A DNA stretch of 44,724 nucleotides from a virus (IMGVR_UViG_3300005611_000056:1-44724); one strand, 5' to 3'. Shown: positions 1 to 7,493, counted from the first letter of the stretch. Notes: generated by a model from the sequence alone, not told the origin. Numbers and translations are program-made.

Positions 1-38
1 TTTTTACTATCGTAGAGTTTCTCTGGCCTTGCAGACAT
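1..38 (-). CDS. 5' end of a leftward gene running off the window (MSARPEKLYDSK...)
   Basis: ATG at 38 preceded by AAGGGAG SD on the - strand; only 12 codons visible. Confidence 0.35.
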   Translation of the reverse strand, partial: MSARPEKLYDSK

Positions 39-354
39 TGTTACTCCCTTGTTACATCGGGAATTACCTGACCATTTATGGTCTTAAGACTATTGAGCCT
101 TGCAAGTCACGCTACCTGACTACTAGAACAGTACCAAAGGTACTAGACTACTAAAGGTATGCTTGGCATATGGGGAAGGCATGATTGGAAATGGAGAGTC
201 AATGGTGCTGGAGCCGGCTCCTCAAATGCAAAAAAATGTACCCCATACAACCCACACCACCAAACCGAGGTGACTATCATCGAGGGTGCAAAAGGGTGCA
301 ATTTACGATGCAAAAAAAGCGGAACAACACAAATGTATCATTCCGCAAATTTCC

Positions 355-564
355 TTACTCGTGCACTCCTTCTATTATCTTGCAATCAAAACGCAAGAAT
401 TCATCTTGCGTAGCAGAATCCCTGATTATTAGTTCCAAACTCGACAAGTCGATTTCTACTTCCATGTCATTTATCGACAATCCGATCCTGTCAGCATCTT
501 GAGGAATTATTTTGTAATCCTCCGAGTCCATTTCGGGGCCTGTCCAAAAAGTTCTTGCTCTCAT
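355..564 (-). CDS. small acidic hypothetical protein (69 aa)
   Basis: ORF with AAAGGATAA SD, the same SD as the upstream 611-1162 gene. Confidence 0.65.
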   Translation of the reverse strand: MRARTFWTGPEMDSEDYKIIPQDADRIGLSINDMEVEIDLSSLELIIRDSATQDEFLRFDCKIIEGVHE

Positions 565-576
565 TTTTATCCTTTC

Positions 577-600
577 ACGCCCTCAGGTGAGGGCGTTTTG
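577..600 (+). terminator. GC hairpin ACGCCCTCA-GG-TGAGGGCGT followed by a T-rich tail
   Basis: 9-bp perfect inverted repeat followed by TTTGTTGTT on +. Confidence 0.5.
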
Positions 601-610
601 TTGTTGGTTA

Positions 611-1162
611 TTACTTCTTAATGATTCTAGTTGGTTTTTTTGACAACTCTGCAAGTTGTCTTTCCAACTCTTCTATCCTTGCGTCCTTCTCAGCAAGTTT
701 ATTTACAGCAGGTTTTGAAACAGGTTTTGCTTTTGGTGCGTTTGCGCTCGCAAGTGCACCTGTTAAAGCGGATTCAATGTCAGGAAACAGATCCCAAAGT
801 GAACGGAGTGTCAACCTTGCAGTATTTTTCCCATCAGAAAGTTCCGCACGAAAATATCTCCAACCGGTTGCACTCTTTGCAGACTTTCCAAGATGTGTCT
901 TGTGGGCCTTCTCTGCTTCTTCCAACGAAGTATATTCCTTTTTATTAAAGTAAAGTATTACCCTATTAGTTTTGAAGAATGTCGGTCGCTTTGCTACCTC
1001 ACCTACTGCATCTTTCTCGCCAGACACATACAACTTGCAACCCTCCATTAAACCGATGCACTCAAAAGAGAAACTAGGTCTACCCTTCTTCCCTGCATCC
1101 TCACGCTCTTTTGCGAATTGGCGAACCATAGCAAGGTTAATTTGTGTGGTATCTACTGTCAT
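611..1162 (-). CDS. RAMA-like DNA-binding domain protein with C-terminal coiled coil
   Basis: Pattern RPSFSFxxIGLxxGxxL...YTSLEEA...GWRYF...LRSLW resembles RAMA-type domains; C-terminal KDARIEELERQLAEL coiled coil; apparent paralogue at 8146-8673. Confidence 0.55.
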   Translation of the reverse strand: MTVDTTQINLAMVRQFAKEREDAGKKGRPSFSFECIGLMEGCKLYVSGEKDAVGEVAKRPTFFKTNRVILYFNKKEYTSLEEAEKAHKTHLGKSAKSATGWRYFRAELSDGKNTARLTLRSLWDLFPDIESALTGALASANAPKAKPVSKPAVNKLAEKDARIEELERQLAELSKKPTRIIKK

Positions 1163-1239
1163 TTTCTTATCCTTTAAAGGAAGTTATTTTGCAGCAAATT
1201 TGCTGCGCATCCGATGCTAGTTTACGCTCAGTCCATTGA

Positions 1240-1445
1240 ACGTACTAATAATTTAATGCGATCAAATTTTATATCAAGTTATTTTTTCAATTATTTTCAT
1301 TTTTTTTTGCATTACTTTGCACCATCAAATAATTTTAAATGTATCGGTTTGCAATGAAAACTAATTTCAATTGTATCCTATTGTCTAAACTATCAGATAG
1401 TAGAATTGTAAACTGTAATTGATACAAAAAGATGCAAATAATGCT
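1240..1445. other. AT-rich non-coding tract next to the 19-bp array (possible unwinding element or promoter region)
   Basis: Long A/T runs such as TTATTTTTTCAATTATTTTCATTTTTTTTTG; no ORF. Confidence 0.55.
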
Positions 1446-1448
1446 AAA

Positions 1449-1771
1449 CGTGCTCAAACCACTAATCGGTGCTTTACTTACAATTCGGTGCTTTAAACCC
1501 TAATAGGTGCTCTGAACCCTAATTGGTGCTTTAAACCCTATTCCGTGCTTCCCTGATAAATAGGTGCTTTACTTACAATTCGGTGCTTAAGAACCCCATT
1601 GGTGCTTAAGTTGTAAAACGGTGCTTTAAACCCCATTCGGTGCTTAAACCCCAAATAGGTGCTTTAGTTGCAATTCGTTGCTCAAGTGGTGATTAACCAC
1701 TTTAGTTGCGAATCGGTGCTTTAGTGGTGATTAGGTGCTTTAGTTGCAAATCGGTGCTTTGGACGTGATCG
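1449..1771. repeat. tandem array of 17 units, exact 19-bp period, consensus GGTGCTT(T/A)A-N6-AAT(T/A/C)-like
   Basis: GTGCT cores start at 1450,1469,1488,1507,1526,1545,1564,1583,1602,1621,1640,1659,(1678),(1697),1716,1735,1754; units at 1468 and 1563 are identical. Confidence 0.95.
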
Positions 1772-1794
1772 GAGTTTCGTGCCTGTTGCACGGG

Positions 1795-1955
1795 CATCCC
1801 ATGATAGTCTCGGTGACTCGGTACTAACGGCATGACCCTTTGACGGAAAGTCAAGGTGACCATATAAAGGCAAACTCCCTTTGACGGAAGTAAGTTGGGT
1901 AGTCATCCCATGATAGTCACCATGACTCATACTAAGGGCATGACGCTTTGACGGA
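1795..1955. repeat. diverged ~53-bp direct repeat (1795-1847 and 1904-1955)
   Basis: CATCCCATGATAGTC...TGACTC...TACTAA.GGCATGAC.CTTTGACGGA in both copies. Confidence 0.85.
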
Positions 1956-2688
1956 TACCGGAGCATGGTCTCATGACCAAATGGTCACAGTGACGGATCT
2001 GAGCACTCTGAGAGGCATGTAGGGTTGACTGCAGTCTAATGGTCTAGGGGTATGACGGCACAGGCAGGGTGACTATGTAAATGGTCTTAAGGTGTGACGG
2101 CATGGGGATGTATCTATCTGTATCTTCGGTCAGGGTGACGGTCAGAGGGTGCAGTATGGTGCAGTCATTAGACGGATGTACAGGGATGTACCGCATGGTC
2201 AGGTTGACTGTTAAGGATACAAGTGGAGTGGTCAGGGAGACTGTCGAGACCAGTACCAAGGGTACTAGACTACAGTATACAGGTTGGAGCGGTCACACAA
2301 ATAACTTCGATACACTTAGTACAGTCTAGGGTGACGTAAGGGATGCAAGCACCCACATTTTCAAATTCTCAATAATTCATGCCTTCACGGGGATTTCAAT
2401 CTCAGGGGATAGGAAGATAAGGGTAGAGACGGTAAAACCGTGTGGTGGCGATTCTGAGCACTCACAGAGGGATGTGGAGGAAAGAGGAAGAAGGGGGTGC
2501 CGCGGAACTGGGGGATGATGGAGATAGGAGCCAACTTAGCATTGCGAGTCACTCGGTTTTGAAAAGGGTAGTGAAAGAGAGAAAAGCCTACTCCCACCCC
2601 ATTCACAAAGTTTACTTTCATAAAGTCACCCCATTCAAAGCCATTGCTCACCGAACCCTAGTAGGGCTACCAAAGGGTAGTGAAGTCT

Positions 2689-2949
2689 GCATTAGCCTAA
2701 CCTCTGGTTAGTCTTCTCTTAGAATTAAACTTTAATCCCTTAGTCATAGGATGCGTTAGCCTAACCTTTGGTTAGTAGAGAAGTTCTCGCTAAGTAGTGC
2801 TTAGTACTAAGCATAGCTTACTAAGCGTTTAGTTAATAATACAGAGACTATAGTCTCTATAAGAAGAGAATAAGCATTGCTTATATTATACTTATTTTCA
2901 AGCTCTGTGCCACAGGAGAAGAAAGTGCGTTAGCCCAACCTCTGGTTGG
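2689..2949. repeat. palindrome cluster: three GC(A/G)TTAGC-C(T/C)AACC-TNT-GGTT(A/G)G units plus two perfect 16-bp palindromes
   Basis: Hairpins at 2697-2711, 2761-2775, 2935-2949; TGCTTAGTACTAAGCA 2798-2813; AGAGACTATAGTCTCT 2843-2858. Confidence 0.85.
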
Positions 2950-2973
2950 TTTAAATAGTCATCTAGATTTCAG

Positions 2974-3004
2974 TTGCAATGAGCACCCCTGACGGAGGTA
3001 TAAT
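2974..3004 (+). promoter_or_regulatory. early promoter TTGCAA-N19-TATAAT(AATAGT)
   Basis: Same architecture as the promoters at 3359 and 4451. Confidence 0.7.
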
Positions 3005-3066
3005 AATAGTGGTACAAAAAGTACCAAGTGCGAGAGCACCCTTCAGAAACTTCAGCGAGAAAGCAT

Positions 3067-3291
3067 ATGTTCGCATTTGAACTATACGAGAGCACCCTTA
3101 CGGAAACAGATAGCGAAGGCAACCCATTGGGACACGGCAAAGTGTCAGAAGAGAAAATAGTAGCCTGGAAAATTGAAAGTGAGGAGCAGTTGCTCAGGAC
3201 AGTGGAGTGGGCTTCAGGATACCGACTAGAGTTCAAGATTTATGACTACGAAACTGGGGATGTAATCACTGCAGAGTGGTTGCAGAACTAG
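3067..3291 (+). CDS. small acidic early hypothetical protein
   Basis: ORF downstream of promoter; ATG at 3067 preferred over GTG at 3028. Confidence 0.7.
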   Translation: MFAFELYESTLTETDSEGNPLGHGKVSEEKIVAWKIESEEQLLRTVEWASGYRLEFKIYDYETGDVITAEWLQN

Positions 3292-3358
3292 CCTTACTAT
3301 CATGCGCTAGCCTAACCCTTCTGGGTTTAAAAAAGTTTTCAAGTCATTGATATTTTTG

Positions 3359-3389
3359 TTGCATTCGTCAAGGGTGACCCTTGTATAAT
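3359..3389 (+). promoter_or_regulatory. early promoter TTGCAT-N19-TATAAT(AATAGT) with palindromic spacer
   Basis: Spacer contains CAAGGGT-G-ACCCTTG (3369-3383). Confidence 0.75.
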
Positions 3390-3455
3390 AATAGTGGGAC
3401 AAATTCCCACAGAGGCGGCATTGCCGCTAATATCAACACAATATCAGAGGCAAAT

Positions 3456-3602
3456 ATGTTTGAGTTTTCAGTTCCCCAGCATGTGCTGGATAAGGTTGTC
3501 GAGGAGTATCTCGGCAACGAGTTGGATAACGAGTTGGAGGAGGTGCAGTGCCTTCTTCAGGAAATTAACCATTCTAGTCAGGAGACGGAAGATGTTGAAT
3601 GA
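3456..3602 (+). CDS. very acidic small protein (48 aa)
   Basis: GAGGCAAATATG start context shared with other early genes. Confidence 0.65.
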   Translation: MFEFSVPQHVLDKVVEEYLGNELDNELEEVQCLLQEINHSSQETEDVE

Positions 3603-3915
3603 GTCACAGATCAGAAAGTTTGTTGAAGAGGCACTTCGCAACGTAGCACTGAATGCCCACGATTTTACACAGTGGTGGTATGCCTACATTGAGGAGGTGG
3701 ACGAGGAGGGCAACTCCTTGTGGATAAACTCCTTCTCACAGGCATTACCTGTGTTGAACCACACCCTTGCAGTTGCCTATCTGGTGAACAGATGGGGAGA
3801 AGGCATGGGTGCCATGAGAGAGGAGGGTGTCATTGCCCTCTACAAGTTTATCAAGGAGCACGAAGAGGTGTTCTTTCCAGATGCCGCTCATCAGCGGTTG
3901 AAGGAACTTGCTTAA
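3592..3915 (+). CDS. acidic helical hypothetical protein
   Basis: GGAG SD before ATG 3592; overlaps the previous stop. Confidence 0.7.
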   Translation: MLNESQIRKFVEEALRNVALNAHDFTQWWYAYIEEVDEEGNSLWINSFSQALPVLNHTLAVAYLVNRWGEGMGAMREEGVIALYKFIKEHEEVFFPDAAHQRLKELA

Positions 3916-3944
3916 CAATAACCATAACAAGCTAAAGGAGGTAT

Positions 3945-4187
3945 GTGAGTAACATTGCTTATTTCCTCATCCACGAAGGCTCTTGTGACTCCGACTTTGC
4001 ACAGCGGGAGCTTGAATACCCAGAGTTTCTGGAGTGGTCACGCTACGTTGAGGATTGGGGAGTCAACAGGGACTTTGGGATGGGAGTCACTACTCTGGAA
4101 GGAGTGGTTAACGGTCACCCTCATGGAGAGGGTGCATTGATTGAAATGCGAGTCCAGTACTTGCCAGAAACAGAAGAGGTTCTATGA
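3945..4187 (+). CDS. acidic hypothetical protein
   Basis: AAGGAGG SD, GTG start. Confidence 0.7.
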   Translation: MSNIAYFLIHEGSCDSDFAQRELEYPEFLEWSRYVEDWGVNRDFGMGVTTLEGVVNGHPHGEGALIEMRVQYLPETEEVL

Positions 4188-4429
4188 CTACTAAAAGAAG
4201 AGGAAGACCACTGAAGGGACAGGAGAGAATGAGCACCAGGATGGGGTTCAGAATACAAAACACGATGCTTAAAGACATCCTCGAAATTTGCGAGGACGAA
4301 GGCATCACCCGAAGCGACTTCATAACCAGGGCATTGGAAAAGGAAGTTTCCCGATGTTTGACCAACTACATGGAGCAAGGGATCGGTAATTCCATAGTTG
4401 ACTCCTACATTCGTAGGAGGATTAAGTAA
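4184..4429 (+). CDS. ribbon-helix-helix (CopG/Arc-like) DNA-binding protein
   Basis: RGRP basic arm, alternating strand MGFRI, then helix-GITRSDFITRAL RHH signature. Confidence 0.75.
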   Translation: MTTKRRGRPLKGQERMSTRMGFRIQNTMLKDILEICEDEGITRSDFITRALEKEVSRCLTNYMEQGIGNSIVDSYIRRRIK

Positions 4430-4450
4430 CTGAAGTCACACCCATTTTTG

Positions 4451-4481
4451 TTGCATTCGGCACCGCTGCCGAGTGTATAAT
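4451..4481 (+). promoter_or_regulatory. early promoter TTGCAT-N19-TATAAT(AATAGT) with dyad in spacer
   Basis: CATTCGGCA-CCGC-TGCCGAGTG inverted repeat 4454-4475. Confidence 0.75.
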
Positions 4482-4564
4482 AATAGTAGGAGAAAAGAGG
4501 CGGCATTAGCCGCCACTCCTGTTTTCAAACCAACGGCATTAGCCGTAATAACCGAAAAGGTCAT

Positions 4565-4963
4565 ATGACGAAAGAAGAAGGACAGAAGGCAGTAGCCTTG
4601 TACAAGAACGACATTCAGGAAAGAGCAAAAGCCCTTATCGAAGAACTAAAGTGTGACTTCGCCACCGGAGATACGGGTGGGTATGTGCTCAATACTGTAA
4701 CTTGGATGGGTTATGCCCATGAGAGAGGTTGTTTGAGCCGGAACATGAGAATTTTCTTAGTGTATTGCTCAGAGGTTCACGAATTTCTCGCAAATGCGCC
4801 TGAACAGCGAGTGGAGTGGGTTGCCTCTCTCATTGAGGAAGGAGAAGAAGAGACCCTGAGAAAAGGTTGCCAAGAGTTCAGGGAGTTCAGAGGAGTCGGC
4901 ATTCCCTACCAACACACCACGAACTTGGATGAATATCCAAGCCTTTGGTTTGCGTGTCGCTAA
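4565..4963 (+). CDS. hypothetical protein
   Basis: AAGGTCATATG start context; 132 aa. Confidence 0.75.
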   Translation: MTKEEGQKAVALYKNDIQERAKALIEELKCDFATGDTGGYVLNTVTWMGYAHERGCLSRNMRIFLVYCSEVHEFLANAPEQRVEWVASLIEEGEEETLRKGCQEFREFRGVGIPYQHTTNLDEYPSLWFACR

Positions 4964-4976
4964 CAACAACAACATT

Positions 4977-4996
4977 GCCCCCTTCGGGGGGTTTCA
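4977..4996 (+). terminator. UUCG hairpin GCCCCC-TTCG-GGGGGT-TT
   Basis: C(UUCG)G tetraloop just after a stop codon; short U tail. Confidence 0.5.
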
Positions 4997-5009
4997 ATGG
5001 AGTCATCTT

Positions 5010-5282
5010 ATGAAAGAAGAACATCGGTTGATGCTCGCTGCAGCAGAAAGCGAGAAGGGCATCTTGGAAAGAGAACTGGAAGAGCACCCTCACGACAAGG
5101 AAGAGAGGCAATGGAAAATATCTCGCATCAGCGAGTGTCAGTGCTTCATCTTCAAAATCAAAAGTCTCTACTCCCGCAAAAACACCTATGGGCTAAAACC
5201 TGTAACGTCCGTAAAGTTACGGAGTGCCTGGGATGCGATGGAGCGTCATAAGATTTACAAGTACAAAGTAAAGCCGAGGTAA
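5010..5282 (+). CDS. hypothetical protein
   Basis: GGAG SD before ATG 5010. Confidence 0.65.
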   Translation: MKEEHRLMLAAAESEKGILERELEEHPHDKEERQWKISRISECQCFIFKIKSLYSRKNTYGLKPVTSVKLRSAWDAMERHKIYKYKVKPR

Positions 5283-5462
5283 CAAGTGCTCTTCGTCACT
5301 GGCCCCAAGGGGCCTTTGCCAAAGTGGATTTGTTTGTGTGCTTTGCCGACTATCATTGCCTGTGCCAACGACAACTCATGACGGTATCTACAAGACTACA
5401 TTGTACTCTTGACTGGATAGGTATGCCCTGTGAGAAGAGATGATCGAACGCTAAATGGAACA

Positions 5463-5535
5463 TACCTTTGACGCAAAATGAAAATACCTTTGACGGCACT
5501 GTCAGAAAAACTTATGAAACGTACCTTTGACGGCA
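5463..5535. repeat. three copies of TACCTTTGACG(GCA) upstream of a promoter
   Basis: Copies at 5463, 5485, 5522; same core as 1837-1847 and 1878-1888. Confidence 0.8.
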
Positions 5536-5569
5536 TGAGAACTATTTTAAATAGTCATACACTTTTCTA

Positions 5570-5599
5570 TTGCATAAGTCACCCCTGCCTTGATATAAT
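5570..5599 (+). promoter_or_regulatory. early promoter TTGCAT-N18-TATAAT
   Basis: Sigma70-like boxes; leader resembles that of the 8066 promoter. Confidence 0.7.
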
Positions 5600-5646
5600 T
5601 AAAATGTGGATAAAACCACGAATAACAACTATGCCCAGGAGGTCAT

Positions 5647-5838
5647 ATGGAATTACCAAGTTTGAACAGGCAACTGTTCAGTTCATCCGATGCAGATGAG
5701 CTTCAACAAGTTGTCCGGCTTTCTCAAGGGTTGAGAGAGCGTCTCCACTGGAATCCAAAAGATTCCTTTGCCGCTGAAGAACTACAGAGAGTCACACTCC
5801 GAGAGAACCAACTCAAAAGGAGATTGGGATATGTGTGA
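5647..5838 (+). CDS. hypothetical protein
   Basis: AGGAGGTCATATG start. Confidence 0.7.
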   Translation: MELPSLNRQLFSSSDADELQQVVRLSQGLRERLHWNPKDSFAAEELQRVTLRENQLKRRLGYV

Positions 5839-6019
5839 CTACCTACTATTCAAACTAAAGCCTCTGCAAATAGTTGCCTACTTCGGTTCCTTCCATGAGG
5901 CTCTTGCGACTCGCAAGATGCTTGATGAAAAGTACGAGAAAGGCACATACCTCGTAATGTCCAAACGTGAGGCTCTCCAACAATTCCCAGAACTAACACA
6001 AGAGGTGAAGCATGTCTGA
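5831..6019 (+). CDS. hypothetical protein
   Basis: Overlapping start and stop with neighbours; start moved to ATG 5831. Confidence 0.65.
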   Translation: MCDYLLFKLKPLQIVAYFGSFHEALATRKMLDEKYEKGTYLVMSKREALQQFPELTQEVKHV

Positions 6020-6260
6020 AAAGACAATATTCCAGAGCACCATCGGTAGCGTGTTCGCAAATATCTATGACGTTGTGGATGGATCGTTAGTAACCAAGGA
6101 GCAGATGACCTTCTCTCCAAAAACAGAAGATGACTGTGTAAACATCCATATTGAGGAGCTCAAGGGGTTTCTCCTCACAGGAGTCATCAAGTTTGAGAAA
6201 CAGGTAAGTCTCCAGTTTGAAAACCAAGAAACCAAACAATGGGCAATAATTGAACTATGA
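6012..6260 (+). CDS. hypothetical protein
   Basis: GAGGTG SD; translational coupling. Confidence 0.7.
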   Translation: MSEKTIFQSTIGSVFANIYDVVDGSLVTKEQMTFSPKTEDDCVNIHIEELKGFLLTGVIKFEKQVSLQFENQETKQWAIIEL

Positions 6261-6580
6261 AAAACTTTGACGGATGGAACCAGAGGAGAGCACTCGTTAC
6301 ACCAATGCAACTTCTCTACATAGCCTGGACAAAATTCAAGCTTGAGGAAATGGACTTCCTTGAGTTCAAGGATCGGGTCAAGTGTATCGAAGGAACCAAG
6401 AACTGGGTCACCAGATTTGAAGTACCAGAGAAAGCACTGTCCCGTTTTCGTACCTTTGGTGTCCTAGACCCAGAGGCAAACAGCGAGTTCTTGAAACTCC
6501 ATCTGGAGGGCAAGTTCCGCAATATCCATAAATACGGCATCGACACCTTTCTTCCAAAGAAAGAGAGTGCCACAGAATAG
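6257..6580 (+). CDS. hypothetical protein
   Basis: ATGA overlap; 107 aa. Confidence 0.7.
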   Translation: MKNFDGWNQRRALVTPMQLLYIAWTKFKLEEMDFLEFKDRVKCIEGTKNWVTRFEVPEKALSRFRTFGVLDPEANSEFLKLHLEGKFRNIHKYGIDTFLPKKESATE

Positions 6581-6588
6581 GAGATATA

Positions 6589-7008
6589 GTGATCACCAAC
6601 CTAGTCCTTCTCAACACCTTTAGCCCAAATATGCTAGGGAGAAGAGAGACTGCAATTAACTGGCAACCAGTTACGTTGAACTATCTTGCTCGACTACTGG
6701 AGTCCACCAGTGGGTCACACACTTCTCATATTTCTCAGAATGCAATATGCCGCATCCTCTGGGATAAGGTCATCAGTGTGAGTCCTTGGTTAAAAGAAGA
6801 GTTGCTCATCAGAGCGAGTAAGGCTCCTTACTTCGTATCGACAACAGATACGATCATACAAATTCAGTATGTGGGGCCAACAATAGAAAGCAATGACGTA
6901 TCTCTCCCCAAGGGAGGGGCACTTCATTTCTGGGAAATGGTTCCCATGATCAAGATGTCTTCTTTTCAGGACAAGGAAGGCACAACCTACTCAACCTACG
7001 AACTATAA
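6589..7008 (+). CDS. DUF1874 / STIV B116 / YddF (AcrIII-1 ring nuclease)-like protein with divergent active site
   Basis: N-terminal LLNTFSPNML (family LxNAFSLNML) and C-terminal DTIIQIQYVGP...SLPKGGALHFW (bacterial-type QYxGPRLPEGAxxLPEG); GH motif replaced by SQ. Confidence 0.65.
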   Translation: MITNLVLLNTFSPNMLGRRETAINWQPVTLNYLARLLESTSGSHTSHISQNAICRILWDKVISVSPWLKEELLIRASKAPYFVSTTDTIIQIQYVGPTIESNDVSLPKGGALHFWEMVPMIKMSSFQDKEGTTYSTYEL

Positions 7009-7016
7009 AGGCAAAT

Positions 7017-7493
7017 ATGCTTACGAAGAAAGAACTCAAATCTATCAAGAAACAGGCAAAATCCCTACGCAATGATAAATCAGAGGATATGCTTGAAAAC
7101 TTCATTGGCCCTGCACTGATGGGTGCTCGCTTTGGAATGTTCATTTATTTCCAGACCATGATCCACAGTAAAACCTCACAGAAGGCAAGAGAGATCATTG
7201 CAGAAAGCGATGAACATCCTTTTGATGCCGAGGACTTGGAATTGGTTCCTGATGGAGAAGTGCTCAGTTTGATTCAGGATTGCAGTGAGTCACTGCACAA
7301 CCAAATCGGTGAATGGATCGTTGACCAGTTTGCAGCAGATGAAAACATGAGAAAGGCTTGTGGTGTCATTGCAGCGCAATTGGATGAGGATGACGAATCC
7401 GCAAGGAAAATGTTTGTCAGCGCAGTCATGGGTGTGAACGAGAGAATCAGATCCAAGGATGAGACCGAAGCTTTATCAGAATCCATTAACTAA
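7017..7493 (+). CDS. acidic helical hypothetical protein
   Basis: AAGGCAAATATG start; 158 aa. Confidence 0.75.
   Translation: MLTKKELKSIKKQAKSLRNDKSEDMLENFIGPALMGARFGMFIYFQTMIHSKTSQKAREIIAESDEHPFDAEDLELVPDGEVLSLIQDCSESLHNQIGEWIVDQFAADENMRKACGVIAAQLDEDDESARKMFVSAVMGVNERIRSKDETEALSESIN

Noticed and set aside
1468-1760. Similarity of the TGCTTTA core to the T4 MotA box
   Set aside because: No -10 boxes at the proper distance and no MotA-like gene; a short match is likely chance.
1449-1771. CRISPR array interpretation of the 19-bp repeats
   Set aside because: Constant part is only ~7-9 nt, variable parts are ~10 nt and recur, and no cas genes are present.
1721-2711. ORF-track ORFs across the repeat region
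   Set aside because: No convincing SD, low-complexity translations of repeats, overlapping on both strands.
2895-2913. Sigma54-like TGGCAC-N5-TTGAA on the - strand
   Set aside because: The essential -12 GC is absent.
3381-3591. Long N-terminal extensions of ORFs 3381 and 3394
   Set aside because: They run through the promoter and leader; SD-supported starts are at 3456 and 3592.
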